A stretch of DNA of 34,237 nt. It comes from Sandaracinaceae bacterium. GTDB taxonomy: Bacteria > Myxococcota_A > Polyangia > Polyangiales > Sandaracinaceae. The translations under genes and the position numbers were made by a program. This document shows, in pieces, positions 24,919-34,055 of the stretch (positions are counted from its first letter, which is position 1; each line of letters begins with the position of its first letter). The notes under the pieces were generated by a model. The model was not told the origin of the DNA, did not search any database, and worked only from the letters and a program-made list of their open reading frames with translations. The DNA lies in contig JANWYL010000002.1 of NCBI GenBank assembly GCA_025056955.1, positions 291-34,527 of the forward strand. Reading direction: 5' to 3'.

Positions 24919-24973
24919 GTATCAAGAATGATTCAAAGGCAACATCGTGGTGTGAAGGTATCAAGCATGATCA
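24919..24973. repeat. Imperfect direct repeat GTATCAAG-N-ATGAT in the convergent intergenic gap
   Basis: GTATCAAGAATGATTCA lies at 24919-24935 and GTATCAAGCATGATCA at 24958-24973. The gap shows no GC-rich terminator hairpin. Confidence 0.5.
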
Positions 24974-27900
24974 TCACTTAAAAAGATAGGGCGATTCTCG
25001 TGGCTGAGGCCATGGGAGGGGTGTCCCAGGGTGATGCCCATTTCCCCCTTGGATTTCTTTTGCTGATCCAAGCCATTCCCTCAGGCACCTCCCAGTGTGA
25101 CTCATTTCGCACCTGATGATCCCATCGAGTTCACCCATGTAGACGATGCTCCCACCATTGGCCCCACCTTCTGGTCCAAGATCGATCACCCAATCGGCTG
25201 CAGCGATGACATCAAGGTGGTGCTCGATCACGATGACGGTATCACCCCGTTCAACCAAGGAGCGCAGGAGTGCGAGCAAGCGCTCGACATCGCTGCGATG
25301 GAGGCCGGTTGTTGGTTCGTCGAAGGCGTATAGGGTCGGGCCTCGGCCGTGGCGACCAAGTTCTGCGGCGAGTTTCACCCGCTGCGCCTCGCCTCCAGAG
25401 AGGGTGTTTGAGGGTTGGCCAAGCTCGAGGTGGCCAAGGCCTAATTCGGAGAGCACAGCGAGGGGGCGGGCAATCGAAGGGAGCGAGGCAAAAAGGAGGC
25501 GGGCTTCTTCGACTTCGCTTTTGAGGATCTCGCCTGCCGAGCGGCCATGAAAACGAATGGAGAGGGTCTCTTCGTCAAAGCGCATGCCTTGGCAGGCCTC
25601 GCAGGGAACGAGGATATCTGGCAAAAAGGCCATCTCCAGGAGAATCTGCCCATTGCCTTCGCAGCGGGGGCAGCGCCCGCCTTCGGGTGAGTTGAAAGAA
25701 AAGCGGGAGGGGCCATAACCTTTGGCCCTCGCTTCTGGGGTCGCAGCGAGCCACTGGCGGATTTCGTCCCAGATGCCGATATAGGTGGCGGGCACAGAGC
25801 GAGGGGTGCGGCCAATTGGGCTTTGATCCACAAAAAGGGCGCGGCGAAAATGAGAGGCACCTTCGAGCGCGCGATAGGAAAGCGGCGCTTCAGAAGATGC
25901 AATGCCAAGGCTTTTTTGAAGCGCTGGCAAAAGAATGCGCCGGATGAGGGTGCTTTTGCCCGAGCCGCTTAAACCGCTTACAACAGTGAGGCGACCACAG
26001 GGAATGGCCACGTCGATGTCTTTGAGGTTGTGGCCCCTTGCTCCTCGGAGCCAAAGGCGGGGATGCGAAGGAGGAACGGGAAGGCGCTTTGAATGGAAAA
26101 GAGGACCAGCGCGGAGGGCTTGGCCCGTGAGCGAATCACAAGAGGCGATGAGTTCGGGCTTGCCCTGGGCCACAACCCGCCCGCCTTGCTTTCCTCCCCC
26201 CGGACCAAAATCGACCACGTGGTCGGCCGCGCGGATCACTTCGAGATCGTGCTCGACCACAAGGACGGTATTGCCCTGATCGACAAGCCCCCGGAGGGCC
26301 CGAAGGAGCTGGCCTGTGTCTTTTGGATGAAGGCCGATTGTCGGCTCATCAAGCACATAGAGAAGCCATGTCATGTTGGCGCCAAGCTGAGCAGCCAAGC
26401 GCACCCGCTGGATCTCCCCACCCGAGAGCGTATCGGCCGAGCGGTCGAGACTGAGGTAGCCAAGCCCAACTTCCTCGAGAAAAGCCAAGCGGCGCTCGCA
26501 TTCGGCCGAAATCGGCTCAGCGATGCGCCGAGCCCTCTCATCGAGCTTTAGCGCAGGCAAGGCAAGGCGCGCTTCTGAGACCGAGAGGGCGAGGATTTCA
26601 TCAAGGCGCTTTCCCCCAACGAGCACCGAACGTGCCAAAGGCGAAAGCCGGCTTCCACCGCACTCTGGGCAAGCTTGCCCCTTCTCCTCAATGCGCCCTC
26701 GACCCTCGCAGCGGGGGCAGCGGCCATGCCGCGTATGAAAAGAAAAGAAACGCGGATCGAGCTCGGGAATTCCAAGCCCACAGCGTGGACAAGCGCGCTT
26801 CGTCGAATAGAAACGCTCTTCGCCCCATTCGGCCACAATCGATAGGGAACCATCGCTTGAAATCGAAGCAGCCTTGCGCACCAGGGCTTCGAGCTCTGGA
26901 AAGGCCTGGGCACGGACGCGCCCTACCACAATTTCGATGTCGTGCTCGGCATAGCGGGAAAGCGAAAGATCTTCAGAAAGAGGAACGAAAAGGCCATCGA
27001 TTCGGGCTTCAAAAAAGCCGCGTGCTTTCCAAGAGGCAAGCTCGCGCTTGTGGGCACCCTTTTTGGCGCGCACAACTGGCGCAAGCACAGAGAGCAGGGC
27101 TTGGCCAAAGCGCTCGCTCGCATCAGCAGCGATTTGCGCAGGGCCAAGCGCCTCAATGCGTACAGCACAAAGGGGGCAATGGGCCACGCCGGCTTGGGCC
27201 CAAAGCACGCGCAAGTGCTGCGCCACTTCGGTGAGGGTGCCAACCGTCGACATGCTTCCCCCTCGCGAGAGGCGCTGTTCGAGGGCTATCGTTGGCGGAA
27301 GGCCGAGGATGCGGTCAACCTCGGGGCGCGGAAGCTCTGGAAGATAGCGCCTCACGTAGGCCGAAAGCGTCTCAAAAAAGCGGCGCTGCGCTTCGGCGTA
27401 AAGCACGTTGAAAGCCAAGGTGGACTTGCCAGAGCCCGATGGCCCAGAGCACACGATGAGCGCTCCCCGAGGCAAGCTGAGGTGGATATTGGCAAGGTTG
27501 TGCTCGCGGGCCCCTTCGATGCGGATAAAAGGAGGCTCGGCTTCAAGTCGAGAAGAAGGCGAAACCAAGGAAGGGGCTTGAGCGGCCTCAAGGCCCAAGG
27601 CCCGCCGCAGAAAAGGCGCAGACAAAGAAGTGCCCTTTGCCACTTCTTCTGGCGTGCCAATGGCCACAAGCGATCCCCCATCCTTTCCAGCCCCAGGACC
27701 AAGCTCGATGATCCAATCGGCCTCACAAGCAAGCTTCATGTCGTGCTCCACGACAAGAAGCGTGCCACCATCATCAACAAAGCGGTGCAGAACGCGGGCG
27801 AGAAGCCCCACGTCTTCGGGATGCAAGCCGGAGCTTGGCTCATCGAGCACAAGGAGGCTCTTGGGCTTGACTTGGCCAAGGGCCTGGGCGAGCTTTAAGC

Positions 27901-30394
27901 GCTGGGCCTCGCCTCCGGAAAGGGTGCTGAGCGGCTGGCCAAGCCGAAGGTAGCCCAGGCCAATTTCTGCAGCTGGCCTAAGGACAGAAACGATTTTTTG
28001 ATCGTCTGCAAAGCGTTCGAGGCCTTCTTCGATTGTGAGCTCGAGAATCTCGGCCACATTGAGGCCACGGTAGCGGACCTCAAGCACGGGCCCAACGAAA
28101 CGCTTCCCACCGCATTCGCTGCAAGGGAAAACGAGATCGGCCAAAAACTGCATATCGACCCGCTCGATCCCTTCCCCCTGGCAGTGCTCGCAGCGCCCGC
28201 CCTCGGTGTTGAAGGAAAAGTGCCTTGCCGTAAATCCCAAAGCGCGGGCCTTGGGCTCTCCTGCAAGGCGCTTCCGAAAGATCTCCCATGCCCCAAGGTA
28301 GCTCGCTGGATTCCCCCGCGAAGTCCGACCAAGGGGGCTTTGGTCGACAAAAAGAATTTGCGAAATCGATTGAACCCCGCGCAGGGCAAGGTAAGGAAGG
28401 GGCACGCGCTTTTCACTGGCTCCTAAGGCCCGCTCCACTGCGGGAACGAGCGTATCGGCCACCAAGGTGCTTTTCCCAGACCCCGAAGGACCGATCACAC
28501 AGGTCCAAGCTCTAAGCGGGATCCGAAGGGAAAGGTGCTTGAGGTGATGACCTGAAGCCCCATCGAGTTCCAAGTAAGCGTCTCCCTTTCGCCGGAGCCG
28601 CGGAGCGGAAGAAGCAGAAGCGAGGGCCTTGGCACTTGCCGTTGAGGCACAGAGGAGCTCAGCCGGAGTGCCATCAAAAACGATGCGGCCCCCTTTTTTT
28701 CCTGCTTCGGGGCCAAGCTCGATCACCCGATCGGCAGCAAAGATGAAATCGGGCTCGTTTTCCACAACCAAAGCCAAGTTGTCGGCAGAAACAATCCGAC
28801 GGATGGACTGGGCAAGCCCGCGGATATCGCTTGGATGCAGGCCAAGGGTTGGCTCATCGAAGACGAAAATCGCATTCGATATCGATGCGCTCAGGGCCGT
28901 TGTGAGCGAAAGCCTCTGCATTTCGCCTCCCGAGAGGGTGCGGGCTGGCCGATCGAGCTCAAGGTATGAAAGGCCCACCTCGCGCATCGTCTGAAGCCGC
29001 TTCTCAAGCTCATCGAGGAGCAAGCGAATGCCTGGATCCATCTTCCCCCTTTCCTCGAGTTCCTTGGCGCTCTCCTCGATAAAAGCCAAAGCCTCGCCTG
29101 CGGGGAGCCTGAAAAAATCCGCAATCGAGAGCTCACCGACACGGTACTGAAGCGCTTCCCTCCGAAGCCTGCTCCCTTGGCAGCTCCGGCATGTCTCATA
29201 GCTCCGGAAGCGCGAGAGAAAAATCCGCACATGGGCCTTGTAGGTCCGCTCTTCAAGCCACTTGAACCACCGCCGAATGCCCCACCACCCATTGGGTCGC
29301 CCATCGCCCTCCTTGAGCCATTCGATTTCCGCCTCGCTAAGGGAGGCAATCGGCACATCGCAGCGGATTCCCGCTCGCTCGGCCCACCGCGCAAGCTCTT
29401 CCCGCTCCCAGCTTTTTCCAGCACCACGCCAACAAGCGATGGCTCCCTCCTTGATGCTCAAGGAAGGGTCAGGAAAGACCTTCTCCCAGTCGATCCCAAT
29501 GGTTCGCCCAAAGCCTTTGCAATCCGGGCACGCGCCAAGGGGGCTATTGAAGGAAAGAAGCGCGACTTTGGGCTCGGCATAGGTGATTCCGCAAGGCAGG
29601 CATTCGAGCACCTTGGAGAAGCGTTCAATCGCGCCCCCCTCAAGCCCAACCATCGCCCGGCCTTTTCCTTTGCGCATCGCCTCTTCAAGCGCCCCGATCA
29701 AGCGCCCTTTGCGGCCTTTTTCGATGAGAAGGCGGTCCACCACAACCCCAAAGCCCTTTGTCAGAGACGAGCGAAGGGCTTCTGAGGGCCTGACCCCCTC
29801 AAGATCCCTTAGCACTCCATCGAGCCACAAGCGCTCGTAGCCTTCTTTTTTGAGCCTTTCCCGGAGGTCAAGAAAAGCTTCCTCGTCAGCAAGCTCGACA
29901 GGGTGGCTGATGAGCGCCCTTTTTCCCTCCCACTTTTCGAGAAGAAGGGCCGCAGCAGATTCAGGCGAATGGCGCTCGATGCGCCCCCCACATCGGAGGC
30001 ATCGGATGTGGGAAGCCCGCACCCAAAGGAGCTTCGCGTAGTCGGCAATTTCGGTGATCGTCGCAACTGTCGAGCGGCTCGTCGATGGGGAAGCCCCCCC
30101 CTCAATCGCAATCCCTGCCGCCACAGGCTCGAGCGAAGTCAGAGGCGGCCGCGGCAAACGCTCGAGAAATTGCCGCGCATAGGAAGAAAAACCCTCGACA
30201 AAGCGCCTTTGCGCCTCAGCATAAATCGTTGAAAAAACCAATGAGCTTTTTCCCGCTCCACTTGGCCCCGCAATCACCACAAAAGCGGGAGGATGAAGAT
30301 CAAGGTCGATGCCCTTAAGATTATGCGTCCAAGCACCTCGAAGCTCAATGCGCTTCACGGCAACCTCAAAAGGCAAAGATTCACGGTGGGGCAT
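24974..30394 (-). CDS. Tandem-fused double UvrA-like protein (four ABC ATPase modules in one 1806-aa chain)
   Basis: Four Walker A motifs are present: GPSGAGKSS, GPSGSGKST, GPSGSGKST and GLSGSGKST. There are four signature motifs (LSGGEMQR, LSGGEAQR, LSGGEIQR, LSGGEAQR) and four Walker B motifs (VFDEPT, VLDEPS, VLDEPT, AFDEPT). UvrA-type CxxC zinc modules occur in both halves. The second unit begins at ...PPFIRIEGAREHNL, near nt 27535. Confidence 0.9.
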   Translation of the reverse strand: MPHRESLPFEVAVKRIELRGAWTHNLKGIDLDLHPPAFVVIAGPSGAGKSSLVFSTIYAEAQRRFVEGFSSYARQFLERLPRPPLTSLEPVAAGIAIEGGASPSTSRSTVATITEIADYAKLLWVRASHIRCLRCGGRIERHSPESAAALLLEKWEGKRALISHPVELADEEAFLDLRERLKKEGYERLWLDGVLRDLEGVRPSEALRSSLTKGFGVVVDRLLIEKGRKGRLIGALEEAMRKGKGRAMVGLEGGAIERFSKVLECLPCGITYAEPKVALLSFNSPLGACPDCKGFGRTIGIDWEKVFPDPSLSIKEGAIACWRGAGKSWEREELARWAERAGIRCDVPIASLSEAEIEWLKEGDGRPNGWWGIRRWFKWLEERTYKAHVRIFLSRFRSYETCRSCQGSRLRREALQYRVGELSIADFFRLPAGEALAFIEESAKELEERGKMDPGIRLLLDELEKRLQTMREVGLSYLELDRPARTLSGGEMQRLSLTTALSASISNAIFVFDEPTLGLHPSDIRGLAQSIRRIVSADNLALVVENEPDFIFAADRVIELGPEAGKKGGRIVFDGTPAELLCASTASAKALASASSAPRLRRKGDAYLELDGASGHHLKHLSLRIPLRAWTCVIGPSGSGKSTLVADTLVPAVERALGASEKRVPLPYLALRGVQSISQILFVDQSPLGRTSRGNPASYLGAWEIFRKRLAGEPKARALGFTARHFSFNTEGGRCEHCQGEGIERVDMQFLADLVFPCSECGGKRFVGPVLEVRYRGLNVAEILELTIEEGLERFADDQKIVSVLRPAAEIGLGYLRLGQPLSTLSGGEAQRLKLAQALGQVKPKSLLVLDEPSSGLHPEDVGLLARVLHRFVDDGGTLLVVEHDMKLACEADWIIELGPGAGKDGGSLVAIGTPEEVAKGTSLSAPFLRRALGLEAAQAPSLVSPSSRLEAEPPFIRIEGAREHNLANIHLSLPRGALIVCSGPSGSGKSTLAFNVLYAEAQRRFFETLSAYVRRYLPELPRPEVDRILGLPPTIALEQRLSRGGSMSTVGTLTEVAQHLRVLWAQAGVAHCPLCAVRIEALGPAQIAADASERFGQALLSVLAPVVRAKKGAHKRELASWKARGFFEARIDGLFVPLSEDLSLSRYAEHDIEIVVGRVRAQAFPELEALVRKAASISSDGSLSIVAEWGEERFYSTKRACPRCGLGIPELDPRFFSFHTRHGRCPRCEGRGRIEEKGQACPECGGSRLSPLARSVLVGGKRLDEILALSVSEARLALPALKLDERARRIAEPISAECERRLAFLEEVGLGYLSLDRSADTLSGGEIQRVRLAAQLGANMTWLLYVLDEPTIGLHPKDTGQLLRALRGLVDQGNTVLVVEHDLEVIRAADHVVDFGPGGGKQGGRVVAQGKPELIASCDSLTGQALRAGPLFHSKRLPVPPSHPRLWLRGARGHNLKDIDVAIPCGRLTVVSGLSGSGKSTLIRRILLPALQKSLGIASSEAPLSYRALEGASHFRRALFVDQSPIGRTPRSVPATYIGIWDEIRQWLAATPEARAKGYGPSRFSFNSPEGGRCPRCEGNGQILLEMAFLPDILVPCEACQGMRFDEETLSIRFHGRSAGEILKSEVEEARLLFASLPSIARPLAVLSELGLGHLELGQPSNTLSGGEAQRVKLAAELGRHGRGPTLYAFDEPTTGLHRSDVERLLALLRSLVERGDTVIVIEHHLDVIAAADWVIDLGPEGGANGGSIVYMGELDGIIRCEMSHTGRCLREWLGSAKEIQGGNGHHPGTPLPWPQPRESPYLFK

Positions 30395-30438
30395 TTTCTA
30401 AAAAAGGCAAGTGCCCCCTGCTTCGGGATTAAATGATT

Positions 30439-32472
30439 TTAAATCTCGATCTGCATTCCAAGCTCAACGACTCGGTTTGGCGGAATTTGAAAAAAATCAG
30501 TTGCCGATCGCGCATTCCGCGACAAAAAAGAGAAAATCATTTTTTGAATCTTTGACATGCCAGCTTTATTGTCAGCAATGACGAGGCGCTCACGGCCTAG
30601 GTAAAAACTGGTCGAATCGACCGTGGCCTTGATTCCATATGGCTCGCATTTGGAAAGAGCATCCATCACATTCGGGGTTTGGGTGAATCCATAATGGGCT
30701 ATTACTTTGAAAAAGCCATCCCTTAGTTTTTCAACCTCAACCCTTTGTTTTGGCTTGACCTTTGGTACATCCTTCGTAACGATAGAAAGCAAAACAACTC
30801 GCTCGTGAAGCACTTGGTTGTGCTTGAAATGGTGGAGGAGCACAGGTGGGACACCATCAAGGCTAGAAGTCATAAACACCGCTGTGCCCTTTACACGCAC
30901 TGGGCGAATGGCATCGATTTCATCTAAAAACTGCGCAAGGGGCTCAGAGTGTTCTTTGAGATACTGGGCCAAGCGATCGCGCCCTTTTTTCCAGGTGCGC
31001 ATGATTCCAAGAATCCCAGAGGCCACGACAAGAGGAAGCCATCCTCCACTTGTGAGCTTATTGAAGTTTGCAAAAAAGAAAGCGAGATCGATTGTAAGCA
31101 TTGTAGCACAAATCACACCTGCCCGAAAAGTCCCCCACCACCGCTCAGTCACAAGAAAAAACAAAACTGTCGTGATTGCCATCGTGCCCGTTACGGCAAT
31201 CCCATATGCAGCAGCCATCGCTCCAGAAGATCCAAAAGCAAAAACCAAAGCCAAGCAGCATATCATGAGAATCCAATTGATCTCTGGCATGTAGATCTGG
31301 CCCTCTGTCGATCCAGAGGTATGCCTGATTTCAAGGCGCGGGAGGTATCCGAGCTGAATCGCTTGGCGCGTGAGCGAAAACGCACCGCTGATCAGCGCCT
31401 GTGATGCAATCACCGTTGCAAAAGTTGCAATCACAATTGCATATATGCGCAAAAGGACCCAATCGCCAGCAAGGGCAAAAAAAAAGGACTCTTCCTCAAC
31501 TTGGGGACGGCCAAGCAAAAAGGCCCCTTGGCCAAAATAGTTTAAAACAAGCGCTGGAAAAACGAATGACCAAGCAATCGCAATTGGCTTCCTTCCAAAG
31601 TGACCCATATCAGCATAAAGGGCCTCACCTCCAGTGATGCACAAGACGACACTTCCCAAAATTGTGAAAGCTTCCTTGCCGTGTCTCAAAAAAAACTGAA
31701 CAGCATAGCTTGGAAGAACAGCACGCAAAACAGATGGAAAACGGAAGATGTGGACAGCCCCAAAAAGCGCAATCGATACAAACCAAACAGCCATCATTGG
31801 CGCAAAGGCAGCACCAATCCGTGCGGTACCTCTCCCCTGAAAAAAGAAAAGGGCAACCAAAATCAGTGCACTGATGAAAATAACCGTCTGTTGATTGAGA
31901 AAACCATCAAGGACCTCGATCCCATGCAATCCCTCGATGGCTGAAAGGACTGAAATTGCCGGCGTCAGCATTCCATCCGCATAAAGCAAAGAAGCGCCGA
32001 AAAGCCCAAGCACCACAATCCATTGTGTCTCCAAACGGTCCCTTTGTTGTTTTGGAAGCGCCAAAGCGAGAAGCGCCAAAATTCCACCCTCACCTTCATT
32101 GTCTGCGCGAGTCACAAAAAGGATGTATTTGACCGTCACAACCAGCGTCATCGACCAAAAGAAAAGCGACAACACTCCAAGCACATTTTGTTCATTCACT
32201 TCAATATGCTGCGTTGAGCCAAAAAAACATTCCCTCAATGCATAAAGGGGAGATGTGCCGATATCTCCAAACACCACCCCCAGGGCGGCCCAGGCGAGCT
32301 TTGCTGTGCTCCCGCCATGGTGGCTTCGGTGTGGGGTCAAAAGAGGTCGATCCGCTGGTGATAGGCTGATTCGTTGATGGTCACGAGCCCCGAAATGATC
32401 CCCTTCCGGCCCCCCCCCATCTTGTTTTTGTGCAGAACTGCTTGTCGGATTTAGGCTCTCTTTTTTTAGCAT
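30439..32472 (-). CDS. kup: KUP/HAK/KT-family potassium uptake transporter
   Basis: The GVVFGDIGTSPLYALRE signature is present. About 12 hydrophobic segments are followed by a C-terminal cytoplasmic domain. The RBS GAGGA lies 5 nt upstream of the ATG. There is an N-terminal extension of about 60 aa before the signature. Confidence 0.93.
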   Translation of the reverse strand: MLKKESLNPTSSSAQKQDGGGPEGDHFGARDHQRISLSPADRPLLTPHRSHHGGSTAKLAWAALGVVFGDIGTSPLYALRECFFGSTQHIEVNEQNVLGVLSLFFWSMTLVVTVKYILFVTRADNEGEGGILALLALALPKQQRDRLETQWIVVLGLFGASLLYADGMLTPAISVLSAIEGLHGIEVLDGFLNQQTVIFISALILVALFFFQGRGTARIGAAFAPMMAVWFVSIALFGAVHIFRFPSVLRAVLPSYAVQFFLRHGKEAFTILGSVVLCITGGEALYADMGHFGRKPIAIAWSFVFPALVLNYFGQGAFLLGRPQVEEESFFFALAGDWVLLRIYAIVIATFATVIASQALISGAFSLTRQAIQLGYLPRLEIRHTSGSTEGQIYMPEINWILMICCLALVFAFGSSGAMAAAYGIAVTGTMAITTVLFFLVTERWWGTFRAGVICATMLTIDLAFFFANFNKLTSGGWLPLVVASGILGIMRTWKKGRDRLAQYLKEHSEPLAQFLDEIDAIRPVRVKGTAVFMTSSLDGVPPVLLHHFKHNQVLHERVVLLSIVTKDVPKVKPKQRVEVEKLRDGFFKVIAHYGFTQTPNVMDALSKCEPYGIKATVDSTSFYLGRERLVIADNKAGMSKIQKMIFSFLSRNARSATDFFQIPPNRVVELGMQIEI

Positions 32473-32485
32473 ATTTCCTCATGCT

Positions 32486-33184
32486 TTATGCCTGCACTTG
32501 GGTGCTGGAATCGCCTTTGGAACCTGCCCCCATGATGCGCTTTGAAATCCCAACATAAAGCGCAAAGCCAATGAGCAGTACGGGAATAACGTATATCCAG
32601 TGCTTTCTGATCGCATGCGAGGCCTGTTCAACCAATTCGCGGTAGCTGAGATCAGCTGTACCAAGCCCAAATGAATAACCCACCACCGTAAGCACCGTCA
32701 CCCAAATGCCTGCACCAAGCCCAGTCCATAGCGAAAAAGAACCAATCGGCATACGGGCCAAGCCAGCTGGAATTGAAATGATCTGGCGAATGGCAGGCAA
32801 AAGCCGACACACAAAAGTGGCCCCAGCACCATACTTTCGAAAAATGAACTGAGCGCGGTCGATGTGTTCCTCTTTCAAGAAAAACCACTTCGCATGTTTT
32901 CGTAAAAATGGCTCACCGAGCTTTGCGGCAATGGCATAGTTAAAGTAGGCGCCAAGCAAAGAACCAATGGTCCCAGCCACAATCGAAAGCAAAGCATCAA
33001 GAATCGGCGATCCAAAACTGAGCTCCCCCCTTGCTGCAAGAAAACCTGCGGGAATCATTACGACTTCACTTGGAAAAGGGATAAAAGAGCTTTCAATTGT
33101 CATAAAAAGAACAATCCACAAATAGCCCCATGTTGGGGCTTGTGAAGCGATGAGTTCAATTCGTTCTGCAAGCCACTCAGTCAT
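32486..33184 (-). CDS. DedA/VTT-domain family membrane protein
   Basis: The DedA pattern is present: ESSFIPFPSEVVMIPAGFLAARG, then RKYGAGATFVCRLLPAIRQIISIPAGLARM. The gene ends 13 nt upstream of kup on the same strand. Confidence 0.9.
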   Translation of the reverse strand: MTEWLAERIELIASQAPTWGYLWIVLFMTIESSFIPFPSEVVMIPAGFLAARGELSFGSPILDALLSIVAGTIGSLLGAYFNYAIAAKLGEPFLRKHAKWFFLKEEHIDRAQFIFRKYGAGATFVCRLLPAIRQIISIPAGLARMPIGSFSLWTGLGAGIWVTVLTVVGYSFGLGTADLSYRELVEQASHAIRKHWIYVIPVLLIGFALYVGISKRIMGAGSKGDSSTQVQA

Positions 33185-33231
33185 CCATTTTCCCTAGTTT
33201 ATTGGGGATATGGAATTCCATTTGATGGTTC

Positions 33232-33975
33232 TCACCCCTCCGATGCACTTATCGCTTCTGCTTGAACAGGATAGTAGCGGGTGGATCGGCGTATCCCTTC
33301 TGCACGAATCCGCTGCTCGCTTAAAAGCTTGCGAATGGGATTGGTAAGATCCGAAGGACTCATTCCAAGTACCTTTGCGATCTCGCCAATCCGCTGGCCT
33401 GGGTGCTGCCGAAGGTGCGCTTCAATGGTCTCTCCAAGCTGCTCCAATTCCTCTTTTGGACGCTTACCTTTTTTGCGCCTTTTGGTTTTCGGAACAACTG
33501 GAGCAGGCGCAGCGACTTTTGGTTTGGCAGGAGGAGATCGAGTGGCTTTCAGTTCAGCTTCTTTTTCTATCCCAATTCCCTCGAGAGCCCTTTTCATTTG
33601 TTCAAAGGCTGCCTTTTTGAAAAGCTCATGCAGTTGGGAGACAAATTGTTTGACAAGGTTTTCGATCTCATGCTGATTCATCATAATCCCTCCTTCGGCA
33701 GAGCGGCCTTTCATGCGTTGCGATTGCATTTCTGAACTCCGCTTAGAAGCAGATGGTGGAGCCGAAATCGACTTGCGCGACAGCTTTGCTCCTTCAAAAG
33801 CATCGCGCCCATCTGCTTCAGAATTTGGTAAAGAATTTGAGGAATCTGTTTGGGTTTGGGTGTTTGGCTCCTCGCTTGAGCTGAATTGAGAAGATTGTTC
33901 TCCCCTCTCCTCTCCATGTGGCGAGCGGCCTTCCTCAGATACCGATTGCGAAATGCTTGCCTGAATTTGACTCAT
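33232..33975 (-). CDS. Hypothetical DNA-binding protein: acidic/Ser-rich N-terminus, Lys/Pro-rich linker, C-terminal winged-helix-like domain
   Basis: The C-terminal part reads HLRQHPGQRIGEIAKVLGMSPSDLTNPIRKLLSEQRIRAEGIRRSTRYYP. The basic linker reads KPKVAAPAPVVPKTKRRKKGKRPK. The SD AAAGGAG lies 6 nt upstream of the ATG at 33975. A second strong SD plus ATGATG occurs in frame at 33684 (see findings). Confidence 0.6.
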   Translation of the reverse strand: MSQIQASISQSVSEEGRSPHGEERGEQSSQFSSSEEPNTQTQTDSSNSLPNSEADGRDAFEGAKLSRKSISAPPSASKRSSEMQSQRMKGRSAEGGIMMNQHEIENLVKQFVSQLHELFKKAAFEQMKRALEGIGIEKEAELKATRSPPAKPKVAAPAPVVPKTKRRKKGKRPKEELEQLGETIEAHLRQHPGQRIGEIAKVLGMSPSDLTNPIRKLLSEQRIRAEGIRRSTRYYPVQAEAISASEG

Positions 33976-34026
33976 GAGCCACTCCTTTCGCTGTCGGGCT
34001 TGCCGTTTACAACTGAGCCAAAGCTT

Positions 34027-34055
34027 TTTTTATGCCAATTTTTTATCCATGTCAA
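34027..34055 (-). promoter_or_regulatory. Candidate sigma-70-type promoter for the wHTH gene
   Basis: On the minus strand: TTGACA (34055-34050), a 17-nt spacer, then TAAAAA (34032-34027). It lies in an AT-rich tract about 50 nt upstream of the ATG at 33975. Confidence 0.45.

Noticed and set aside
30395-30438. Possible intrinsic terminator after kup (GGCACTTGCC followed by TTTTTT on the minus strand).
   Set aside because: The only stem available is 4 bp with a 2-nt loop, which is too weak to call. kup and the UvrA gene may be co-transcribed.
32410-32418. C9 homopolymer (G9 on the coding strand) near the 5' end of kup, plus an A7 run at codons 2-4. I considered this as a slipped-strand phase-variation switch.
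   Set aside because: Runs of 7-8 G/C occur in several other genes in this window (for example 30095-30102, 4384-4390 and 3164-3170), where they encode Gly or Pro. The tract may therefore simply reflect codon usage. No population data are available to show length variation.
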